A stretch of DNA of 64,000 nt from Octopus vulgaris (GCA_951406725.2 OX597815.1:112406001-112470000); one strand, 5' to 3'; shown: positions 40,926 to 56,751, numbered from the stretch's first letter. Numbers and translations are program-made. Notes: generated by a model not told the origin, from the letters alone.

Positions 40926-43240
40926 ATTGTCACTATTACGACTGCGATTGATGTTTAACGATTTTGGTTTTAAGATTCACTGATGTCAAGACGCGGGAAA
41001 CTTCATTAAATTCGGTGTTCAGTGCGAAATGTATACATAAGTATATATAAGTATACATGAATATGTGTATTTATATATGAATGTATAGAAAATGTAGTGC
41101 GGTGAAGTGGGGGTAAGAAAAAAAAGTGTTAAAATCTTAAAGGGAATCACAAAATCAAGAAACAAAGTACTAAGTAACTAAGTAACTGAAAACAGATGAA
41201 AATAAGTGACTACCCATAAAATCCCATAATATTTTCTTAATACCAGAACATCATCTGATGATGTTGACGATGATAAATACAAATAACATATGAAAGAAAA
41301 TATAAATACTATTTTATTGTTTTCCTTTCGGTGGGGGTGCGGGAATCAAAAAGCTTAAAATGTAGAAATATTTGGATAAATAAATAGAGTAAAACACACA
41401 CACGAAAAAAAGAAATATTATAATTTCAAAATCATTCCTAATTCAATATAAAACAAACAATTATTTATTTACTTTCCCTGTTTAATTGAAAGCGATTAAA
41501 ATGAATAATCTGATGTAGAAAGAAAAAAAAAACAACAAAGAAAGAAAAAAAAGATAAAATAAAAGAAGAAAGAAAGAAAAACGAAACTTACAAAAACGGA
41601 GGAACAAGGAATACTATTTATATAAATTGTATTTTACTACAATCAGAAAGTGGGAAATTTACAATCACTTAAACACATCAAAGAAGTGGATTTAAAAGAC
41701 TTAAAAGGAGATAAAGAAAACAAACAAACTACAAACAAAACGAACTACAAGCAAACATAACTCAAATATCAACAAGTAATTTTTAATTAATTAAATGATA
41801 ACGATTGAAAACACATAAAAACTAAATATTCATGTTTGAAAATAATCATGGACACACCATCAACATTATCATCATATCGTTATGCGTGACGAAATCATAC
41901 AAAACGCAAATATAAGAGATTGAGCTATTTTCTGTGTATTATTTTCTTCTTTAGAAACAAAAGAAAGAAAACATATATTTTATTTATATAGAGAAAAAGG
42001 AAAAAAAACAAAAAACACGAGAAAAAACTTTTATTTTTCAAAAAAGGGAAAGATTACGTATGGACAGTGGTGACAATTTGCAACTCTCAGAAAAATTTAA
42101 CGTACGTATATATATATATATACATACACATATATATAACAGTTTTTTTTATGTATTCTATATCTAACACAGTTGGATCATCTCACTATTTTATTTTTTA
42201 TCTGTGTATATATTGTATAATTTAATCATTTATTTACTGAAAAAGTTCATTAATTAAATTATGGAGAGATGTGTATGTATTGAATTAACTACTTTGATAT
42301 CTCTCCTGTACGTGTGTGCGTGCATGAACTTGTGTGATTTTAGATCTTTTAGGGTACACACATGCACACACACACGCATACGTACTCACGACACACGCAC
42401 ATACACCCCCACACACGCACGCACACACGCACACACACACGCATATATATACACACACACGTATACATATATTTAAAGTTATAAGTTTTGAGAGTTGAAT
42501 ATATATTTATTTGACCAGCTGATCTCCATGGGATTGCGTGTGTGTGTGTGCGTGCTTTGTGTGTGCGTGCTTTGTGTGTGCGTGAGTGTGTCTGTGTGTA
42601 TACTTGTGTATGTATGTATGCGTGTATGTATGTATATGCGTATGTATGTATTATATGTGATATATCATGCATATCGTTTACAAACACATATACACAGGCA
42701 TAAACACACACGCACACGTATGGGGAACCGATATATACATGTGGCCTGTGTCTTACCAATAATTTGTTTACATATATCGAAAGCAAACACTAACACAACA
42801 CACATATTCTTTCATACTCAAACATACACATACATACATGCACACACACACATACACACACACACACACACATACACTCAAAAGATATATAGACTCACAC
42901 GCGCTCTCATTTTATTTCGAAACAAAATATCACGTAAAACTTTTTTCAATTAGCGACTATGTATAGCGTGTGTTCGTGTTGATTTTGTCTCACTTCTAAT
43001 CTTTAGATATCTCTCATTGAAGAGGTAACCAAAGGCTATTCCATCCGTGGCGACCCTGCTTTGTAATTCAGACACAATGAATCTAAACAGAACTGTGATT
43101 TTGTATTATATTATTTCAAGTTCATTATCAACTATTGACAGCTTGTAACGTGACAAGATAGGGTCTCTTGTTGGCTAGTGAATAGAGTATCAACAACTGT
43201 GGTGAAAACACACTGTTCACCATATCATACAGGTATTGCG

Positions 43241-43365
43241 AGGCAAGCGAGCTGGCAGAGTCGTTCGCACGCTGAATGGATTTTCTTCCGGTTCTACGCT
43301 CCGAGTTCAAATCTCCCGAGGTCGCGTTTGCGTCCGTCATTTTGGTGTCGATAAAATAATTATTA
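43241..43365 (+). mobile_element. SINE
   Basis: A-box-like TGGCAGAGTCG, B-box-like GAGTTCAAATCTC, core gtcgataaaata. Confidence 0.65.
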
Positions 43366-44270
43366 GGGATTCCTGGAATCTATATGAACGGCTAACACTC
43401 TCCTCCGAAATTTCAGAACTCCTCAAATTTTCAGAGCACCTATAGTAAAAAAAAGTTATATAGGTATCGTGTTGCACAAACGGTAGGGTGTTGGTCAAAA
43501 TACCCACAGCGTTTCTTTGGGTGTTACATCTCCAGAGTTCAAATCCCACCGATTGTAACTTTGACACACCGTGAACGATGAAATAAATTACCGATGAAGA
43601 ACAAGCGTAACTTCATAAATGGAGTTAAATAATACAACTTTTAGAGATTGAAGATGTCCATGAACGGGTGAGTAGTCTTATGGATGCGAGAGCGAGGAAG
43701 TAAACAGGCATTGAATTGAATTGAATGTCATGAAATTTGAACTTAGAATATAAACAGCTGTGACTAAAACTGCAAAACAAGATATCGATTCGGCCGATCC
43801 CCGCGTTATACGCATATACATATGTATACAGACGCGCGCACACACGTACACATATGAAAGTGTGTGTGCGTATATATACATACATGCATACGCACATATA
43901 TATCTATGTAAGCATGTATATGTATTCATAATGTATACACACATATACATGCATATATACATGCACACACACACACATATATGTGTGTGTGAATGTGTAT
44001 ATGTATATATACATACATTTCCAAATATATATTTATATATACACATATGTATTTCGTGTTATATTAAGACGCGGTGAACGGTACCAGAATTTTCGACCCG
44101 AGTCAAATATAAGTGAAGTTCAGACCGGCTAGTTTGTATTAACAACGTGTCGTATTAGTTATTATAATGAAATCAAACCAAATACTAATGTTTTGAAATC
44201 ACTTAATACGTAATATAATTTCAAAATATTCGCTTTACTTCGTTATTACAACACTTAAATATATATATAT

Positions 44271-44335
<65 letters not shown>

Positions 44336-44358
44336 TACACATACACACATACACACAC

Positions 44359-44576
44359 ACGAGGGGATGGTGGCTTTTTTGCTAAAAGAAAATACAGGAG
44401 GATCAGTAGTTAATTATAATTTTATTTAATATATTACCCTCTTAGATTCACACACGTATTGCAGCGGTCCTTCAGGTTTCCCTACGCCCTGCGAAAGAAC
44501 TCGAATGGTTAGGCCTGCAACCAGGCTTTTTTGCGACACCCTTAAAGCCAGGAACTGTTCATAACCCGCCCTCCTC

Positions 44577-44578
<2 letters not shown>
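44359..44578. mobile_element. Mariner-type MITE (same family as 21195-21410)
   Basis: Shares AAAAGAAAATA.AGGAGGATCAGT..GATTCACAC..TTTTGCGA.ACCCTTAAAGCCA.GAACT with the first copy. Confidence 0.7.
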
Positions 44579-44670
<92 letters not shown>

Positions 44671-44941
44671 TTATCTATGTATCTGTGCGGGTGTGCGTGC
44701 GTGCGTGTATGTGTGTGTGTGTGTGTGTGTGAGTACGTGTTGGCGTTAGCGTGTGCGTATGTGAGTTTTAGTGTGTGTCAATGTCTCGCCCACTGTTTGA
44801 CATCCCACGTTTGTTTCGTTGCCATACTGAGAGAGACGATAAATTCCAGACTTAAGATATATCTCGTGGATTAAAACTTTTCTACGCCGTGCTCCTGTAT
44901 GGGCATAGGCTAATGAGTAAACCAAGAAAGAGAATAAATGA

Positions 44942-44974
<33 letters not shown>

Positions 44975-44977
44975 ATG

Positions 44978-45500
<523 letters not shown>

Positions 45501-45509
45501 AGAATAGGC

Positions 45510-45680
45510 GCTGATGTGAGTATATGGTAAGAAGTTTGCTTCCCAGCCACATGGTTCCGGGTTCAGTCCCACTGTATGACGCATTGGGCAAGTGTCTTCT
45601 ACTATAGCCTCGGGTCGACCAAAACCTTCTGGTGGGTGGATTTCGTGCGAGGGAACTGAAAAGGAGCCCGTTGTATATAT
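45510..45680 (+). mobile_element. tRNA-derived SINE, 5' half
   Basis: Homologous to 44978-45130. Confidence 0.78.
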
Positions 45681-45687
45681 TATCGAA

Positions 45688-45729
<42 letters not shown>

Positions 45730-46053
45730 CTATATATAGATATAGATATTATATACATGCATATACATATACACACATGTCTATATATATATAATATATA
45801 TCATTTGTGTGTGTGTGTGTGCGTGTATGCAATATGGTTTATGAATAGATATTCACTACACAAAAGCACACAAACAAAGAACAGGTGTCACGTCAACTGT
45901 ACTGCGTGCATATTCCCTTGATGTACCCAACTCCACTCACTTGGGTCGACTCAAAGACACTTTACGGGACGCATATCTTATGTGATGCGTAATTGGATCG
46001 AACTTGTGATTGTGAACCGAAACTTTTAGTTTTTGGCCATGCAGGTTGTCGTG

Positions 46054-46123
<70 letters not shown>

Positions 46124-46128
46124 CATAC

Positions 46129-46166
<38 letters not shown>

Positions 46167-46487
46167 GAGCATCTGTATGTATATACATATATGTATTTAC
46201 ATTTATACCTATGTATGTATGTATATATATATGTACACGTATTCATGCTTGTGCATGTCCTTGAGGCTGTACATTGGAAAGAAGGGAAAGGAGAAGCAGA
46301 AATGTTTATATGTGAATGTGTGTGTGTGTGTGTGTGTATTTGTTTGTATGTGTGTGTGTGTCTGTGTGTCGAATATTTATGTATTTGGGGAAACATGCAA
46401 AAGTGACTCGCACATGATGCCTATGTGTTTGAAACACAAACACATGCACACCTCGCACGCACACCCCACCGGCACACCCCGAACACA

Positions 46488-46522
<35 letters not shown>

Positions 46523-46715
46523 CTGCCTGCATATACATATTTTGTGTCTAACAATCTGCCAGTCTATGTTGTTGAGTCAACTTCATGTATAACTTTGTGA
46601 GGATTTTTAAAAAAATGTAATGATTAACGTATACACTCGTCTAAAATTTATCTATTTGTTTATATAAGCAAAGTGCTATATTCACACACAAAGACATACA
46701 CCACACACGCGCACG

Positions 46716-46812
<97 letters not shown>

Positions 46813-46826
46813 CATATATATATATA

Positions 46827-46859
<33 letters not shown>

Positions 46860-46884
46860 TGTATGTATGTATTGTATTCTTTTA

Positions 46885-47085
46885 TTCTGATACTTGTTTC
46901 AGTCATTTGACTCCGGTCATGCTAGAGCACCACCTTTTAGTCGAAGAAATTAAACCCTGGGCTTATTCTTTGTAAGACTCGCAGTTAGTCGATCGGTAGA
47001 TATTAGAACCGCTAACTTATGATGAGGTCAGCACACCAAAGCCTGTTGTCAAGCGACGTTGGGGTCCAAGCACAGACACAAACAC

Positions 47086-47090
<5 letters not shown>
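46885..47090 (-). mobile_element. SINE 3' half
   Basis: cttgtttcagtcatttgact..catgctagagcaccaccttttagtcgaa is the reverse complement of the 45430-45490 tail. Confidence 0.7.
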
Positions 47091-47136
<46 letters not shown>

Positions 47137-47359
47137 TGTATGTATATATATATACATACATACACACACCCAGACACACACACATTATATATATATGTGT
47201 GTGTGTGTGTGTATGTGTGTGTGTGTGTGTGTGTCTGTGTGTGTGTGTGTGTGTAATTACACTCACAAATATATGTGTTTTGTTTGGCATAAGCACAGAA
47301 GATAGGACGTATCACGCCCTTATGCTTTAGGTTTTAGGACGCCCGAAAAGGGAGATTAA

Positions 47360-47558
<199 letters not shown>

Positions 47559-47874
47559 CTGTGGACATTTATCTATGTATATGCATGTGTCGTATTTATC
47601 TATATTTGAATAAACATTGTAAACAAGGTTGCGAAGAGATCCATTACGTTTACATTTCTGTGATAACAGCAGCATGCTCACTGTTGTCTAGTTGAAAATA
47701 TCATTCACGTACGAACGTAACAACCAGCAAAGCGTTAACAAAGCGCTCCACACTACGTTGACGCACGCACAGACACACACACATACACACGCATACACAC
47801 GCATGCTCACATATATACACACACATATATAACTCATATTAACGTGTATTCATGTACATATGCATATGTGAACG

Positions 47875-47929
47875 TAGATATATATATATATAGATAGACA
47901 GACAGAAAGGTAGATAGATAGATAGATAT

Positions 47930-48004
<75 letters not shown>

Positions 48005-48055
48005 CATATATACATACATACATACATACATAGATAAATAGATAGACAGACAGAC

Positions 48056-48138
<83 letters not shown>

Positions 48139-48205
48139 AGTACAGTGTATATATAGAAAGAGTGAGAGAGAGAGATGGATGGATGGATGGATGGATGGAT
48201 GGATG
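47875..48205 (+). repeat. (GATA)n/(GGAT)n compound microsatellite
   Basis: Direct reading. Confidence 0.92.
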
Positions 48206-48980
48206 GGTACATATATGTGTTTCTGTATGTAGATGCTTATGTATGTGTATATGTTTGTACAAATATCTTCATGCGTAATAGGACACTTTAGAGTTAGTAT
48301 TCAAATCCTGTGAATTTCCTCTTTTCTTTTGATGATACCGGGTTGTGAAAATAAAAGTACTGGAGTCCAAAACGCCGAATACCTGCGTGGAAAAATATTT
48401 CATCGATTTGCACCCATGTAAGCAATCAATTGATCTGTAAGCAAAACAGCAGTAATAAAAAGAAAAAAAAACGAAGAAAAGACGAGTGTCCTACACGTAA
48501 TATACGCGCGCATACATGCATATACAAAGACACAACATACCTCAGAAGTATGCATAAGTATACAATTTTATTGTTCAATCAAAAGGTCACGCAAGCCTTA
48601 TGCAAGCAGAAGTTCATCTGCATATAAAGTGTATTATGGAACCTGTGGTTACTTCTGTTTCGCTTTTTTTTCTTCTTCTTCTAAGTAAATCATCTCAGAT
48701 CGAAGACAACAATGATAAAAGTGCGGTTCAACTGGGTCAATACCGTCTTTGACCACATTAACCAATATTCATTACCGTCTATAAAGTTGTGAGTTAAATT
48801 TGACAAAATTATTTCAACGCTGTTTCTTACAAATTCAGTTCCCTTCAAGGGATCCGTTAGATTTATTATTCTTAAACAAGAGTATTATTGACTGTGACTT
48901 CGAAGTTTCGGCCAATGAAGCTAACCGAAATTTTGAGGACATTGTCGATAGTATTCTTGTTTAATACATGTGTGTATGTC

Positions 48981-49017
<37 letters not shown>

Positions 49018-49027
49018 GTGTGTGTGT

Positions 49028-49059
<32 letters not shown>

Positions 49060-49393
49060 TTATAACATTTTGCGTTCAGATTACTCTGCTAAATGTAATG
49101 CTCATTTATTCGTATTGTTTCGTATCAACTACGCATTATCTCATAGCTTTGAGGTTTCAATGAGGTGTTTGTTTATTTTTAGAATGGCATTGCAGAGTAG
49201 TTGTGAGAGGCTACACATGGTCAATTTATATTTCAAAATTGGTAGAATATTTTGGCCGGATATAGCCATTTCAATGCAAAAGGAATAAATGCATGCATGA
49301 CTGTGATTAAGAAGCTTACATAAAAACACACGCACACGAATATGTTTACACACACACACGCACACGCACACACACATATACATACACACACAC

Positions 49394-49439
<46 letters not shown>

Positions 49440-49588
49440 TCACAACCACATAAGTTGCCTTCATTTTCCATCATCGAAGGCATTCGCTGAAGGTACCATG
49501 CAGTGGAAATGGACCCGGAACCATGTAGTTTAAAACCATGCTTCTCACCACACAGTCACACTTGCGTACCCCCTAAACACACACATAG

Positions 49589-49621
<33 letters not shown>

Positions 49622-49954
49622 GTCAATAGGTGAGATCCCAAAATACACCGTATAGAAAACATGTAGTAGTATTCAAATGATTTGAACTTACACTCCGAGG
49701 TTTAAGTACACGATGTAAAAAAAGTGGCTACAAGAGGAACAGAGGTGAGCTGATACGGAGATAATGATGTAAATAAGCAAATATACACGCTTGATTTGAA
49801 AGCTAATTCGTAGATCCTATCTATCATTGCAACTGGAAATATCTGTAAAACTTTCCCGTTTATCATTTAAATATATATGAGCATGTCTAGATATGCAACT
49901 ATATGCATGAGAATACATACATAAAAACGTACAAATCTGCACATGTTAAAGGAG

Positions 49955-50339
49955 GGAAGCACTCCGTCGGTTACGACGATGAGGGTTCCGGTTGATCCGA
50001 ATCAACGGAACAGCCTGCTCGTGAAATTAACGTGTAAGTGGCTGAGCACTCCACAGACACGTGCACCCTTAACGTAGTTCTCGGGGATATTCAGCGTGAC
50101 ACAGAGAGTGACAAGGCCGGCCCCTTGAAATACAGGTACAACAGAAAAAGGAAGTAAGAGTGAGAGAAAGTTGTGGTGAAAGAGTACAGCAGGGATCACC
50201 ACCATCCCCTGCCGGAGCCTCGTGGAGCTTTTAGGTGTTTTCGCTCAATAAACACTCACAACCCCCGGTCTGGGAATCGAAACCGCGATCCTATGACCGC
50301 GAATCCGCTGCCCTAACCACTGGGCCATTGCGCCTCCAC
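49955..50339 (-). mobile_element. Well-preserved tRNA-derived SINE (third family)
   Basis: Minus-strand A box TGGCCCAGTGG (50317-50327) and B box GGTTTCGATTCCC (50272-50284). The tail ttcacgagcaggctgttccgttgat..gtcgtaaccgacggagtgc is shared with 53130-53297. Confidence 0.85.
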
Positions 50340-50349
50340 TACATATACA

Positions 50350-50380
<31 letters not shown>

Positions 50381-50529
50381 CTGCATGCATGCATGCATGC
50401 ATGCATACATACATACATACATACATACATACATACATACATACATTCATACATACATACATATATACATATATGCATGCATGCATGCATACATACATAC
50501 ATACATACATACATACATACATACATACA

Positions 50530-50560
<31 letters not shown>

Positions 50561-50921
50561 GGTAGAGTGTGCCAGTGAAGACCTCAATAAAATGTAAGCA
50601 CAACAGATCTGATATAATGTTTTGGGCTAGAGCAGAGAAACTGTGCAGTTGAAGAAATTAGCTGCCCAGCATAATGCTGAAGATCATTGAAAAAGAGAAC
50701 ACCTATGCTGAACTATTGAGAAATCTGCAGTTACTCTACATAGATCACATGTTCAGGTTTATACTTGTAATTATTGTGGCCTTCGGATAGGTAACTCACT
50801 GACCAAATACTAATTTTGAGGAACTAGGCTTCTCAAGACCAGAAAGGAGAAAGCTAATCCAAAGACTACAGATCCTATCCATCACTGGGACTGTAAATCT
50901 TTCAATATATATAAATATATA

Positions 50922-51114
50922 TACATATTGAAATTGAGGAACACCGGTTGATGGGATTACCTTAGGTTTCCCTTCCATAAAAGGTTTAGCATCATGGCGT
51001 ATCGTCAGCGTATTCTGTTGGACAGACCTGACGATACGCCATAAAGCTAAACCTTTTATGGACAGGAAACCTAAGGTCATCCCATTAGCCGGCCACCCCC
51101 AATTTTAATATGTA
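50922..51114. repeat. Fold-back of two hammerhead cores truncated at CUGACGA
   Basis: Arms 50922-51008 and 51028-51114. The right arm reads CTGACGA(51028-34)..ccataaag/cttttatgg..GAAAC(51066-70)-CTAAG-GTC; the left mirror has GTA. Confidence 0.85.
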
Positions 51115-51182
51115 CTTTCCGACATCTTAGCATGTACTTCTACTTTCGAATCTATGTTTTTACAAACGATATATATTTGTAA

Positions 51183-51242
<60 letters not shown>

Positions 51243-51365
51243 TATGCGATTGTGTGCTTGTGCGTGTGATACAGGTCCCCATGGTTCTCGACGTATGACC
51301 TCCCAGTCTATTCGAGGAACTGAACGAATTGTTTATTGTTTTAACACGGGGCGTGACCGAGCATT

Positions 51366-51398
<33 letters not shown>

Positions 51399-52044
51399 GG
51401 CGTGCCGCATCAAGCAAGAGTAAACTTTTATCTTCGTTACACTCTATTTCTGGACTGCTATAAAGTTCCAATCCACATTTTGAGGTTCACCTGAATCTTT
51501 ATTGAAATCATTTTTTCAGAATACCAGGTCCGTGTGGGGTTTCAAGAGGAGTTATGGATTAAGCAGATTAATTATATATCTCTAATTGTTTTCACACACA
51601 CAACGCACACATGAAGATGGGTTCACACACAGACATAGATATACACAGAAAACGAATGAATATATGTATATATGGTTATATGTGTGTGTGTTTGATACAA
51701 TTGTACTAAGTTTAAAAAATGATTTTTTAAAATTATTTCCCCCAAAAAAGTTGTAAATTCTTCAAGACGTTACTAAACCTTTTGAAAGAAATTTCTATCC
51801 TGTGTGTGTGAGCGCATTCGGTTTTTTATTTATTAAACAAACACACACTAAGTGTGTCTGTCTGTCTGTGTCTGTTTCTGTGTGCGTGTTTTCATGTTCT
51901 GTTATAATAAAATCAAATTTTACATTAGTTTGATGTGTTACTCAGTGCAAAGTTTATCATTCTTAAAAATGAATGTTGGCAGTGACTTCAAAGTTACAGC
52001 CAGCTTAGCCAACTTCGGAATATATTTATACACACACACACGCG

Positions 52045-52087
<43 letters not shown>

Positions 52088-52097
52088 ACACATACAC

Positions 52098-52128
<31 letters not shown>

Positions 52129-52139
52129 CTTTCATTCTT

Positions 52140-52500
52140 TCATTCTTTTAATTGTTTCAGTCGTATGACTTCGACTATGCTGGAACACCTCATTTTAGTG
52201 GAAGAAATCGACCCCAGGGCTTATACTTTCTAAGCCTGGTACTTATTCAATCGGTCTCTTTTGCCGAACCTCTAAGTCACAGAGACGTAAACACACCAGT
52301 ATCGGTTGTAAGCGATGGCGGGGCGACAAACACAGACACAATGACACACACACCAAAAATATATACGGCAGGTTTCTTTCAGTTTCCGTCTACCAAATCC
52401 ACTTTGGTCTGCTCGAGGCTATAGAAGAAGACACTTGCCCAAGATGTGACGAAGTGGGACTGAACCCGCTAACATGCGGTTGGGAAGCAGGCCTCTTATC
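52140..52500 (-). mobile_element. tRNA-derived SINE
   Basis: Reverse complement homolog of 44978-45500 (gaagacacttgcccaag..gtgggactgaaccc..ggttgggaagc). Confidence 0.8.
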
Positions 52501-52782
52501 AACAATATTTATCTACAATATTTTATATATGTCTATAGTTATATGGTTAAGAAGGCCACTTTTCAACCACGTGGTTTCAGGCTGACTGTAACTGCGTGGT
52601 AACTTGGTTATTTTAATTTTTTTTTTATTTTTCCAGTTTCAGCTCATGAGTTGTGGCCATGCTGGGGCACCACCATGTTTCTTGTGCTACAGCATTGGGA
52701 CGACGAATGCTTTGTTAGTGAATTTGAGAGATGGAAACTGCCTGCAGTTCCGACTAACTTCGCAAGTGTATGCGCGGTGAGC

Positions 52783-52820
<38 letters not shown>

Positions 52821-53129
52821 GTGTATGCATGTGTGTGTCAGTGTTTGTTCCCCAACCGCTACTTTAAAATATGTTTTTGCTTGCTTCGTCCCCATAGCTT
52901 GCAATTTGGAAGAAGAGGCCGATACAACGTTATACCAGACTGAAAATATAAGTACATTATAAGTAATGTCTTATATCTACAGTTGTTCGAAACAAATATA
53001 GATATAACTTAACATAAGTATGCGTAACTTTCTGGTTAGTGCATTCAGTATCATTCACGCCTGCACGTTTTCTCCTTCAGCAAGACGCTTTATTTCACGC
53101 TGGTCCATTCCACTCACCTGGCAAAAATG

Positions 53130-53297
53130 AGTTTTACCTGTAATTCAGAGGATCAGCTTGGTCACATTATGTGTGACATTAAATCTCTTTGCGACTACAT
53201 TGAAGGTATGCGCGTCTGTGTTAATTTCACGAGCAGGCTGCTTTGTTCCGTTGATCGGTTCAGTTCGAATACTCATCGTCGTAACCAACAAAGTGCC
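53130..53297 (+). mobile_element. SINE 3' fragment of the 49955-50339 family
   Basis: gttaatttcacgagcaggctg..ttccgttgatc..tcatcgtcgtaacc..agtgc is shared with that copy. Confidence 0.72.
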
Positions 53298-53322
53298 AGT
53301 TTATGCACACACACACACACAC

Positions 53323-53360
<38 letters not shown>

Positions 53361-53611
53361 ACGCACATGCACACCCATACGCACACATACACACACAAAT
53401 AAATATATATCAGCATTGTGCGCCAAGTACCATCCAGCAGCCTTTCACTTCCTTTATTACTTCTGCCGATTAAAAGTAATATACGTTCATGTTCTAGGTT
53501 TTATCATCTCCCCGTGTTCTTTTCAACCAATCTCATAGCATGTGTGTGGTGTGGTTGTATATATCTATATATGCACTTACACACACACACACACACACGC
53601 ACACACACACA

Positions 53612-53694
<83 letters not shown>

Positions 53695-53699
<5 letters not shown>

Positions 53700-54538
53700 A
53701 GAACTGATCAGTAACTATCCAGACTGTTGCCATAGTAACGAAACTAAAGCACGCAGAGTAAAGCTGCTTGGCACAGATTGACTTTGTACTCTGCTGTGCA
53801 CGGGCACTAAGTTTTAATGTTCTACCTCACTTTCACTATTTACAGCACTGCTTGCAAGAGAAATGTGTAGCGTGTGATCGTCGCATTGATCACGATAGAA
53901 AAAGTTGTCGTGGCGATGAGAGTCATGCACAAAGTTGCAGATATTGTATGGAGAGGAGTATATGAGTTGCACACATGTGATTGAGGCGTTTCCAACATGG
54001 CCAAAAAATGTCGATATTGACGAACGTTTTGGAAGAAAAACATCACAGATGTGCGTGTAGCTGTGAGGGGAAATCGTCGAATCACCATCCGTGAGCTATC
54101 AGAGGATGTGCAGATTAGTTACGATTCAGTCCATTCCATTTTCACTGAAGATATGTCTATGAGATGTGTGTCTGTCAAGTTTGTGCCAAAGCTGTTTTCA
54201 GCAGAACATAAAGACACTCGGGTCTCAGTTGTAAAAGTTCTCCTTAATTGTATCGAGTACGATGAAATCTTTTTGAAAACTTTGCGTAGGTCTCTTTTGA
54301 GAAAATTCGATGTAGATTCTCTGCTCAACTTTCTCTGTAGTGTTCAATGCGACGATCACACGTTACACACCTTCCCTCGAAACACTGCTTTAAACAGCGG
54401 AAGTGGGCTAGTACGTTAAAACTGTGTGCCCCTGCACAGCAGAGTACAAAGTCAATCTGTGCCAAGCGGCTTTGCTCTACGTACTTTAGCGTCGTTATTA
54501 TGGCAAGAGTCCGGATACAGATTGATCAATTCTCGTAT
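53695..54538 (+). mobile_element. Internally deleted mariner with ~190-bp TIRs
   Basis: 53695-53889 is inverted relative to 54344-54538, in TA context. The internal ORF 54051-54419 reads NRRITIRELSEDVQISYDSVHSIFTEDMSMRCVSVKFVPKLFS (mariner HTH/WVP-like). Confidence 0.9.
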
Positions 54539-56584
54539 ATACATACATATATATATACACACACACACGTATATATAAATATATATATTATATTATATTA
54601 TATTATATTATATATTATACTATCTTATATTATATTATATATATATATATATATACATACACGCTCACATGAATATGTTGATATACATACAAGCATACAT
54701 ACCTATATACATACATGCATACTTATATATACATATGTATATACATGTATACAGACATACATTCACACATATATGCATATATACGTACATATATATAAAC
54801 ATACATATTAGACCCGATTATTATACACATTTTCTGGTTGTCCAAAGTTTTATTCCGTACGTGTCGCCACTAACCATCGACTTCTCCCATAATTGTTTAT
54901 ATTTATTTTTAAAATAACTATAGCCATCCCGTAAGTACTTTTTTTTTTATTTGCCTTTACCTACTCATGTGTTGCGCATCCATTAAGAAAAGGGGCTTCC
55001 AATGCTATTATAATAACCATTATAGGAGAATTGTGAATAATACGGCGTTAGAAAAGTAGTGAAAATGATGGTGCTATTGTGCCTGAATAGAACGTAGGTT
55101 TTCAGCTATTTTAAAAACAATAAAGTCAGATAAATGCAATTTGTGATTGATTCAGACAAACCTAAAAGTGTTGTTATTCGGCAAACATTACCAAAATTCA
55201 AAACTAACACAAATAGACGCACTGTTATTTAAGTGGTTTAGTGCAATGCTTTCCGAGAGTAGGCCGATATCCGGGTCAATGGGCATGGAAAAGCTAAGTA
55301 AATACAAGAAGGTATAAATAACAAAGACTTGCTTATTTATAGTTGAATTGTTGAAAAACTTTAATAGAAATTACATTTCTAAACTTAAACTTACAAGTTT
55401 CGGTTGGTGTTAAAGTTGCTGAAAATAATACTTACGTATTTAATAAACTGTTTAATAGATACGAATATGTTGGGTGCTTATATTGTTTTTGACAGTTAAG
55501 TTGAAATCTGATTCTCCAACATATTTGTTAATCCGGTATTATCCAGCTAGAAATGATGCCGACGTAGAAGAGGTGTACAATATAATTTAATTCCCCAACG
55601 CCATTTAAATTTCACTTTTGTTACTGATTTTAGGCAATAAATTGCGCATCTTGTATGTCGTAGCTTTACTGAAATACTGCTATAAGTTATTTGTGCATAT
55701 CAAGAAAGCTGACTTTTTAGTTAGCATTTAAAAAAGAATAATTTAATCCTACTTGCCTCAAATTTCTGGACTTGTGCTATGTTAGAAGCAGTATTACAAT
55801 ACCGCCGAGTGGTAATCGTTGTAATCTTTTAAAACAGTAGACATGATTTAAAAGTAAGCACACAGCTGCTCAGCTCAAACCGCCCATAACTCGGTAAATC
55901 CGGTGTTTCTCTTTGATTTGGCATGATGGTTACCGGAATATTGTCAGACAGCAAACATTTTGGGGTGATAGGCACCACTTTAAGGGTGGACTGGCACAAA
56001 AATTAGCCAGTGGAATTTGCTGTGCCGGAATCTCGGCACCTGGAAAGAGTTCGTGCTTTCCAATAGCGTTTTGGGGCACTGACAAACAAATCGTTTAAAT
56101 TGCTTATGGTTTGGTTTGGTTTGGTCTAGATCTCCCGGCGGCAAGAACTAGGATGAGGAACGTGTAGGGTAATACAACTCATCCAGAAATCACCGACAGG
56201 GAACATACCTGAATGGTCAGGCTGAATTGGTGAATTCCTACATTGTATCATTCATCTAAAGTTACTTATCTGCTGAGCCTTACCCCTTGTCTGACAAGAA
56301 ATGAGCACTAGCTCTTCTGCTGTTTGCGGAACGGACATGTTCTGTTGGTGAGACGGTCCATTTGCTGTCGAAATCCACTGAATGGAGGACTGAGCATGCC
56401 GTGTTTGATGATGCGCAACCATGCGCTGAGGCTTTGACATCTGTCGTGTTACCTTACACGTGTTTATCTAAATCAGTATTGTACTTTCCTAGGTTTTTGC
56501 TAAACATTTTATGATCCCTGTGAACAACGAAGAAATTCTTATTTTTATTATTCTTCTCATTATTATTATTATTATTATTAAAAC

Positions 56585-56735
56585 AGCAAGCCAGTAGAAT
56601 TGCTTAGAGGCACTTGGTACGTCTTACCTTTTGAGTTAAAATTCCGCCGAGGTCGACTTTGCTTTTCATCATTTCAGGTTCAATAAAATAAGTACTAGTT
56701 GAGCACCGAAATTCCAGGCCTTGTGTCTATGATAG
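56585..56735 (+). mobile_element. SINE
   Basis: gagttaaaattccgccgaggtcgactttgcttttcatcatttcaggttcaataaaataagtactagttgagcac core. Confidence 0.7.
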
Positions 56736-56751
56736 AAAAGCATTTTTCTTC

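Noticed and set aside
40675-40983. Ala/Val/Thr-rich 102-aa ORF
   Set aside because: Explained by a degenerate trinucleotide repeat.
50265-50339. Possible tRNA gene
   Set aside because: A/B boxes are present but I find no full cloverleaf, and it continues into a SINE body and tail.
56250-56460. Possible GIY-YIG fragment on the minus strand
   Set aside because: Only a vague G-T..RM..H resemblance.
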